Assembly (NCBI GenBank): GCA_038205015.1
Contig: JBBRCK010000002.1
Location: 33,913 to 97,912 of the forward strand
DNA from: Candidatus Levyibacteriota bacterium
Lineage (GTDB): Bacteria > Patescibacteriota > Microgenomatia > Levybacterales > UBA12049
Direction of reading: 5' to 3'
DNA length: 64,000 bases
The notes beneath the pieces were generated by a model, which was not told where the DNA came from, did no database searches, and saw only the letters and a program-made list of their open reading frames with translations. The translations under genes were made by a program, and so were the position numbers. How positions within the stretch are numbered: position 1 is the stretch's first letter; every line of letters starts with the position of its first letter. Of this stretch, positions 58,063 through 64,000 are shown piece by piece.

Positions 58063-59079
58063 TTATGAAGCAAGTATTTTTTTCAATTTTTCAACCATTT
58101 CAACCGGGGTTGGATCTTGACCGTACTCTAAAGCTAAATAATATGATGCCCAATCAGCGTAAGTGATACTTAAAAACATTTTTGAAAAAACATCTTCTCC
58201 CTGCATTTCAACTATCTCTGACTCAATTTCTTTTTCCTTTAATAAGCTTGCTGTTGCTTCATATCTTTTAATATTTTTAGGATTATCATCTAAGTCCTTT
58301 AACATAATAATAAAAAACTTTGACTGAGGATTTGTAAAACCAACCATTTCATTGTGATTAAGTTCCGGGAAAAAATTCCAAAATGCCGGAGTTTTTGCAT
58401 TTTCATTAATTTTAATTTTCCATATCATAGCAACTGACATATACTTAGAAGAAGCATAAATAATTGGTGTTTTGCCTTTTAGTTTTTGAGCCAATTTTTT
58501 CCCTTTTTGTTCATACGTTTCCATTTTTTCATTAAATTTTTCTGACATTTTAAGTAAATCTTGAGTTTTATCGTCAGCCATTCCTTGATTTACAAGAATT
58601 TGATACATTGCGCCAAAAAAATAACCCGTTCCCATTCTAGGTTGATAGTTTGGATACGGAATAGGAAGCTTTACGTGTGGCATTCCATATTCTTTACATT
58701 TTTCTTCAAGTTTTCCACCACTGGAAAAACCGACAAATTTAAGTCCGTTTGCTCTTAATTCTTCAAGTGAAGCAAGAGTTTCTTCGGTATTTCCAGAATA
58801 GGAAGCAATAAAATTGAGGTTATTTTTACCTAAAGCGTTTTGGGAAAGTGAATAAAATCTATTTATTTCAACAGGAAAAAGAAGGTTCTGATTATCACAA
58901 TAGGCTTTTAAAAGATTTGTAGGAAGTGCAGAGCCACCCATTCCAGAAACTGTTAGAGATTTAAATTCTCCATCAAGCTTAATACTTTTTGCAAGTTCCA
59001 TTCCAATTTTAAATTGATTCGGAGTATCTAAAATAAATTGTCTAAAATTAGAAATATCTAATGGATTTAAATTATTCAT
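58063..59079 (-). CDS. Bifunctional phosphoglucose/phosphomannose isomerase (archaeal-type SIS PGI/PMI).
   Basis: 338 aa. SGMGGS and SYSGNTEET SIS motifs and the C-terminal bact_PGI_C-like region. Confidence 0.7.
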   Translation of the reverse strand: MNNLNPLDISNFRQFILDTPNQFKIGMELAKSIKLDGEFKSLTVSGMGGSALPTNLLKAYCDNQNLLFPVEINRFYSLSQNALGKNNLNFIASYSGNTEETLASLEELRANGLKFVGFSSGGKLEEKCKEYGMPHVKLPIPYPNYQPRMGTGYFFGAMYQILVNQGMADDKTQDLLKMSEKFNEKMETYEQKGKKLAQKLKGKTPIIYASSKYMSVAMIWKIKINENAKTPAFWNFFPELNHNEMVGFTNPQSKFFIIMLKDLDDNPKNIKRYEATASLLKEKEIESEIVEMQGEDVFSKMFLSITYADWASYYLALEYGQDPTPVEMVEKLKKILAS

Positions 59080-60440
59080 TAAGAATTTTCTTTAATAAAA
59101 TCAACCAGCTCTTTTGTTTTTTGATCTTGTAATTCTTTTGATTTTGCTTCCAAATTTAGCCTTAAAAGTGGCTCTGTATTGGATTTTCTTAAATTAAATC
59201 TCCAATTTTCGTACTCAACAGACAGTCCGTCGATATATTCAATTTTTCCATCAAAATATTTCTTCTCCGCAATTTTTATGATTTCATCTTTTTTTTCTGT
59301 CTCAAAGTTTATCTCTCCGGGACTAAAGTATTTAGAAGTGTAGGGAAGAGCTAATTTAGAAAGAGTAGTATTATATTTTGAAATCATTTCCCAGATTAAA
59401 AATAATGGAATTACTCCATTATCTCTAAAATAATTTTCTCTAAAATAAAAATGTGAGGACATTTCTCCTGCAAATACTGCATTTTCCTGTTTCATTTTAG
59501 CAGCAATGACCGTCATTCCCGGTTTTGAAATTATTACTTTTCCGCCCGAATTAACAATTTCTTCTGACGTTGCCCAGACAAGTCTTGGATCAATTAAGAC
59601 TTTTCCACCCGGATTTTTAGAAAGTATTTCTTTGGCTAAAATTGCCGTAACAAAATAGCCTTCAATAAATTCTCCGTTTTCATCGGCAAAAAAACATCTA
59701 TCACCATCGGCATCCCACGATACTCCTAAATCCGCTTTCTCTTTTTTTATAAGTGCAAGAGTTTCGGTCCGATTATCAGGTAGCAAAGGATTTGGCGGTC
59801 CTTTTGGAAATGTTCCATCTGGTTTTTCATTTAATGGAAATATTGTAAGTGGAAGATTATACATTTCAACCGCTTTTTTAAGAATTAAATAGTCAACTCC
59901 GAAATTTGCATTAGCGACAATTCTTAAAGGCTTTAATACGTCTTTGTTAATAAAACCAATTGAATTTTTAATAAAGTCTTCTCTGATATCAAGCTTCTCA
60001 ACTGTTCCTTTTATGTCTGCATTTGGTACTTGATAAGAATTGTCTAAAAGCATATCCTTCATCTGAGAAAGTCCAGATTCACCCGAAATTGGCTCAGCGT
60101 TTCTCTTGCAGAAGTTCATTCCGTTATATTCCCTAGGGTTATGTGAAGCTGAAACAGTTATTCCACCGTCAACATCGCTACTTCCAACTGCAAAATAGTA
60201 CTCATCAGTAGAAACTACTCCAATATCAAAAACGCTCACTCCAGCATCTACAAAAGCCTTAAGAATAGCATTAAATAAGCTTTCTCCGGATTCTCTTACA
60301 TCTCGTCCTAATACTACTTTCTTGGGATTGAATAACTTTATGTAGGCCTGAGTAATTTTGCCTGCAACATCTTCATTGAAGTCAGTTGGATAAACACCTC
60401 GTACGTCGTAGGACTTAAAGATACTAGTGTTAACATTCAT
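59079..60440 (-). CDS. Phosphomannomutase/phosphoglucomutase.
   Basis: 453 aa. Active-site loop TVSASHNPREYNGM, metal-binding DADGDR and sugar-binding GEMSSH. Confidence 0.85.
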   Translation of the reverse strand: MNVNTSIFKSYDVRGVYPTDFNEDVAGKITQAYIKLFNPKKVVLGRDVRESGESLFNAILKAFVDAGVSVFDIGVVSTDEYYFAVGSSDVDGGITVSASHNPREYNGMNFCKRNAEPISGESGLSQMKDMLLDNSYQVPNADIKGTVEKLDIREDFIKNSIGFINKDVLKPLRIVANANFGVDYLILKKAVEMYNLPLTIFPLNEKPDGTFPKGPPNPLLPDNRTETLALIKKEKADLGVSWDADGDRCFFADENGEFIEGYFVTAILAKEILSKNPGGKVLIDPRLVWATSEEIVNSGGKVIISKPGMTVIAAKMKQENAVFAGEMSSHFYFRENYFRDNGVIPLFLIWEMISKYNTTLSKLALPYTSKYFSPGEINFETEKKDEIIKIAEKKYFDGKIEYIDGLSVEYENWRFNLRKSNTEPLLRLNLEAKSKELQDQKTKELVDFIKENS

Positions 60441-60449
60441 TAGTCTATA

Positions 60450-61139
60450 TTATAAATCGGCTAAGAAAAAGTCAATGGATTTATTTAGTCCGAATGAAAC
60501 TTTTCCTGTTTTGTGATTCTGTTCAATATCAAAAAGTTTTTTGTATAACTTTCTTAATTTTTCTTCTCCAAACAAGTTGGCTTGACTCTTTAGTTTTGAT
60601 AGTTGCCAAGTTGCTAATCTTTTTGCTTCATCAATATCTGATGAGTTAGTTACTGTCGACATAAGAAGTCTGAATTGCCTAACTAGCATAAACCAAATTA
60701 GCTCTTCTTCTAAATTTACTCTTAACCTATTAAATAAAGATAAAGAGTTTTTATAACTATTCGGCTTTAAGCTATCTAAAAATACAAAAAGTAAAGAGGG
60801 GATTGAATAATTACTTATTTGGGAATTCTTTATCAATCCAATTTGTGTTTTTGATAATTCTGAACCTTCCCAAAAAACTAAGTTTAAATTTTTTTTGGAA
60901 TTGATGTAATCAATTATTTTTTTAAATTCTAAAGTATTAGATTTATTTCCTGCGAATAAGTTTTCGATAAAAATAGTTTTTTCTCTTTCAAAAAAAGAAT
61001 CACCCTCAATATTTTGGAAAAATAAATCAAAACTTAATTTTTCACCATTTAGTAAAACAAAAGATTCTGTTTTACTTTTAAGTTCAAAAAAACTTTCTCT
61101 GGTTTTTTGAATATCATTTCCGTGAATTATCGTAATCAT
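60450..61139 (-). CDS. Possible DNA polymerase III delta subunit (HolA-like), short form.
   Basis: 229 aa. N-terminal IIHGNDIQKTRESFFEL resembles the HolA start and the C-terminal region is helical. Weak similarity only. Confidence 0.35.
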   Translation of the reverse strand: MITIIHGNDIQKTRESFFELKSKTESFVLLNGEKLSFDLFFQNIEGDSFFEREKTIFIENLFAGNKSNTLEFKKIIDYINSKKNLNLVFWEGSELSKTQIGLIKNSQISNYSIPSLLFVFLDSLKPNSYKNSLSLFNRLRVNLEEELIWFMLVRQFRLLMSTVTNSSDIDEAKRLATWQLSKLKSQANLFGEEKLRKLYKKLFDIEQNHKTGKVSFGLNKSIDFFLADL

Positions 61140-61555
61140 CTTAATTTTTTAAATTGATCAAACAATTTATCTGCGGTTTTATGCAAATTTCTGGATTTCG
61201 TGTGATGGGGAACCAAAGCACCGGAAAAATTATTTGGAATATGCAAAAGTTCATGAATCAGAACTCGATACTGATTATCTTCATCTAATTTATCATAGTA
61301 TTTTGATAAGACCTCTACAACGTAGTGTGGCTCAAGTTTTAAAACCCTTTGAAAAATTTTTGGCATAGACCATATTCTGGCATAAGCCCTGGATTTAGAG
61401 CCTTGCGTCCGATATCCATGTACATTGCTTAATGGAATATGCGATAAGTCTAAAACAGAAAGTATTTTTTTAATTTTTAAGTCAACGTCTTCGGCATCTT
61501 CCCACTCAAGTTTTTTACTTTTCGCACTAGAATGTTTTGTTATAAACTTTATCAT
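61136..61555 (-). CDS. Small HExxH zinc-metallopeptidase-like protein (SprT/DUF45-like).
   Basis: 139 aa with the motif VLIHELLHIPNN. Family assignment is uncertain. Confidence 0.3.
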   Translation of the reverse strand: MIKFITKHSSAKSKKLEWEDAEDVDLKIKKILSVLDLSHIPLSNVHGYRTQGSKSRAYARIWSMPKIFQRVLKLEPHYVVEVLSKYYDKLDEDNQYRVLIHELLHIPNNFSGALVPHHTKSRNLHKTADKLFDQFKKLR

Positions 61556-62073
61556 GTGTGTTTGTCTGCAACATACGAAGCCGCATAAGCGTATGGTTTT
61601 GTTTTGGCAACAAATCCGTTACCGGTTACCATGCCCACAACTTCTTTAATCATATTCCTGGTGTCACCGTGCTCTCCAACGTCAACGTGAATCTCCAAGT
61701 TGTAATTAGGAGATTTACCATTTAATTGTTTTTTAAAAAGTGGAACAAAAATAGTAGCAAAGCTTAATGATGTGATAGTTTCGGAATATATTTTTTCTCT
61801 TAGAGAATGAATATTTTTAACATATTGTCTTCGCCAAAAATATTGACCCCCATAACCTTTTCTGTGAATTAATATTGCAGTTACTAAGTTGATAGTACTT
61901 CCAACTTTTTTATCATCTGATCTTTTTTCATGAGAATCAGTCCCGATAACCAAACTGTATTCTGCATCCGAATCCTCTTCCAAAAATAATTTAATTTTTT
62001 CAATTGTTTCAGTAATCGAAAGCATTCCATAAGTGTGACTTTGGAATATTTCGTCTGATAAATCACTGTTCAT
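61552..62073 (-). CDS. Hypothetical protein, possibly RNase-H-fold YkuK/DUF458-like.
   Basis: 173 aa and soluble. The family guess rests only on size and a VIGTDSH acidic motif. Confidence 0.25.
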   Translation of the reverse strand: MNSDLSDEIFQSHTYGMLSITETIEKIKLFLEEDSDAEYSLVIGTDSHEKRSDDKKVGSTINLVTAILIHRKGYGGQYFWRRQYVKNIHSLREKIYSETITSLSFATIFVPLFKKQLNGKSPNYNLEIHVDVGEHGDTRNMIKEVVGMVTGNGFVAKTKPYAYAASYVADKHT

Positions 62074-62105
62074 AAGCCTTGAGGCAATGCTAAATTATAC
62101 CATAA

Positions 62106-63245
62106 TCAAATTTTTAGCAGCCATTTAAAGATAGACCTGGTAGATTTGTCTATTCCCTCAAATACATTATCTATTTGTTTAGTATTTGGGAACGTTTCTA
62201 ACGGTAATTTCTTGTTTAGTTCAATTAAATCTTTTGGATTAAATGAAAGTTCCGGTTCTCCTTTAATTTTAGAGAAACTTTTATAGCTTTGATAAATTTT
62301 TGTTTTCTCGCCATCTCTAATAAACGAAAAATTGGCAAACGGTCCTTGCTGTGAATATAAAATAAATGGAGTTATCGCAACAATACTTTCATCATTCCAA
62401 TAGTTAAAAATAGCGTCATTGTAATAATTAGCTTGCGTAGCATCACTTACCGAATCCCTTGACCAGCCGGTTTCGGTTATAAAAACAGGAAGATTTTTTC
62501 CAGAAAGCTCATTTGCAAGCTGTTTTTGATAGTAAAAACTATATATTCCGGTATTAGATTTGGACGGTGGCCTTGAAAACGCCGGGTTAGGATATGAATG
62601 ACTGGCAATTGCATCGATTTTATTAAAAATTCCCGGAACTGCTCCTTCCATTTGGTACATAAAAGAATAGTTATTTATTGATTGGTCGGGAATATTAATT
62701 GAGGCATTATCTAGGCCCCCCATAATTATAAAAAACTCAGGATTTTTTTCTTTAAATGCATCTACCGAATAACTTAAGATATTCGCATACTCAGTAGCAT
62801 CCGGTATTCCTCCCCACTCATCTCCTCTATTTGGTTCGTTGAATATAACGATATATCTATTTTTTGTCGGCCAGGATAAATTATTTAAAAAATTGGCAAA
62901 GTCCAGCACATCATAATCTGTTGGCTTAGACCATGAAATGGTATTAAAATAATCACCGGTTGTAGCAATTCTTAAAATTGGAATTATATGCAGTTTTTTA
63001 CAATCATCCATAAAACTCTGCCATTTAATCAAATCTTTATCTGAGGATTGAATGGGTATTGTCACGTAACCCCAATCACCCCCACTTGAATTTACCAATG
63101 TTGCGGCTTCGGAAATCTCTGAAGGAAATAAAATATGAATCCCAAATTTATTATTAGCATGAGAAGTTGCGTCATAAATTGCAAAGGAGGAACGAGGAAA
63201 TAATAAGAAACATACTAAAAACAATATCAAAATTAGTTTTTTCAT
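62106..63245 (-). CDS. Secreted glycoside hydrolase of clan GH-A (GH5/GH26/GH113-like).
   Basis: 379 aa with a signal peptide (MKKLILILFLVCFLLFPRSSFA). Acid/base motif IVIFNEPN and nucleophile motif VFITETGWS are typical of clan GH-A (beta/alpha)8 hydrolases. Confidence 0.6.
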   Translation of the reverse strand: MKKLILILFLVCFLLFPRSSFAIYDATSHANNKFGIHILFPSEISEAATLVNSSGGDWGYVTIPIQSSDKDLIKWQSFMDDCKKLHIIPILRIATTGDYFNTISWSKPTDYDVLDFANFLNNLSWPTKNRYIVIFNEPNRGDEWGGIPDATEYANILSYSVDAFKEKNPEFFIIMGGLDNASINIPDQSINNYSFMYQMEGAVPGIFNKIDAIASHSYPNPAFSRPPSKSNTGIYSFYYQKQLANELSGKNLPVFITETGWSRDSVSDATQANYYNDAIFNYWNDESIVAITPFILYSQQGPFANFSFIRDGEKTKIYQSYKSFSKIKGEPELSFNPKDLIELNKKLPLETFPNTKQIDNVFEGIDKSTRSIFKWLLKI

Positions 63246-63279
63246 AGGCTTGGATATTTTACATCAATATGTAAATTAA

Positions 63280-64000
63280 TTAAACAGAAGAGTATCTTGC
63301 AAAGAGACCGGTTGACAAAAGTCTACTTCTTTCTTTTTCTTCCAAAGCCAGTTCTCCATATTCAATTTTTTCTTTTTGAAAACCTAAATAATCTTCTAGC
63401 ATGTTTGAAAGCATTTGCGAAGAAGATGAAATTGCATAAGCATTAACAATAAAAAATACTGGATTTTGCGATAAAATCTGCTTACAATTTTCTAGAAGTA
63501 TTGGAAAGCTTTTATTAAAGTCCCAAATTTCACCATCCGGTCCATGACCATAAACCGGTGGATCCATAATGATGGCATCATACTTACTGCCTCTTCGTAT
63601 TTCTCTGGCAGTAAAGGCAATTGCATCATCCAGTATCCACCGGATTGGCTTATCGGATAGATTTGATAGTGCTTGATTTTCCTTAGCCCAGGCAATAGAT
63701 GGCTTTGATCCATCTAAATGAGTAACTTTCGCACCATTGACAGCGCAAACTAAAGAAGCAATCCCAGTATATCCGAAAAGATTTAACACATTAATTTCTT
63801 TCTTTGCTATATTTATTTTTTTTTCCATAAACTCCCAATTTATAACTTGTTCAGGAAAAACACCGGTATGCTTAAACGGAGTTAACTTTGCATAAAATTT
63901 AATATTTTTGTAGGACATTTCCCATTTTTGTGGGAAGTCTGACTGTTTATCCCAAGTATCATTTAGAAATGTAGCATCAACTTTTTCCCAAGCTTTTTTA
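63280..64000 (-). CDS. Class I SAM-dependent rRNA methyltransferase (RlmI/YccW-like), partial. The N-terminus lies beyond the window end.
   Basis: Motifs VLNLFGYTGIASL, ILDDAIAF and DAIIMDPP. Manual translation shows the frame stays open upstream of the track's Met at 63918 all the way to the window edge. Confidence 0.6.
   Translation of the reverse strand, partial: KKAWEKVDATFLNDTWDKQSDFPQKWEMSYKNIKFYAKLTPFKHTGVFPEQVINWEFMEKKINIAKKEINVLNLFGYTGIASLVCAVNGAKVTHLDGSKPSIAWAKENQALSNLSDKPIRWILDDAIAFTAREIRRGSKYDAIIMDPPVYGHGPDGEIWDFNKSFPILLENCKQILSQNPVFFIVNAYAISSSSQMLSNMLEDYLGFQKEKIEYGELALEEKERSRLLSTGLFARYSSV

Overview
This 64-kb window is AT-rich (about 30% GC), gene-dense and uses the standard genetic code. 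Its compact, overlapping gene organisation and gene content are consistent with a Patescibacteria/CPR-type or other small-genome bacterium; that placement is an inference. Coordinates 1-27,300 form a cell-surface glycan or protein-glycosylation island. It carries dTDP-rhamnose genes rmlC and rmlD, a CDP-paratose-2-epimerase-like SDR, an NDP-hexose C-methyltransferase, two GT4 and one stand-alone GT2 glycosyltransferases, and a Wzx-like flippase. It also has a Wzy_C/O-antigen-ligase-family protein, two paralogous soluble polyprenyl-phosphate-sugar-synthase-like GT2s (GtrB/CsbB/DPM1-like), and nine or more large polytopic YfhO/PMT/ArnT-like (GT-C-type) membrane proteins. Two of those are single-polypeptide GT2::GT-C fusions. 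Coordinates 27,334-46,327 are one roughly 19-kb minus-strand housekeeping block: polX, lemA, htpX, murT-gatD (lipid II isoglutaminyl synthase), gatC, a histidine phosphatase, gatA, gatB, a GGDEF diguanylate-cyclase-like gene, dnaE and the complete F1Fo ATP synthase operon atpBEFHAGDC with a truncated delta subunit. The remainder carries tRNA-Thr(CGT), tRNA-Asp(GTC), tRNA-Gly(CCC), a LysM protein, pyrG, rplS, uvrB divergent from lexA, dedA, rsmI, eno, ppsA, pgi/pmi, a phosphomannomutase, a holA-like gene, small HExxH and unknown proteins, a secreted clan GH-A glycoside hydrolase, and a partial RlmI-like methyltransferase at the 3' edge. An unlisted partial YfhO-like gene occupies 1-1163 on the minus strand. 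No CRISPR array, transposase, integrase or rRNA was seen. Across the window, TATAAT-like -10 boxes sit only 6-10 nt upstream of many start codons, which suggests leaderless or short-leader mRNAs alongside Shine-Dalgarno-led genes.
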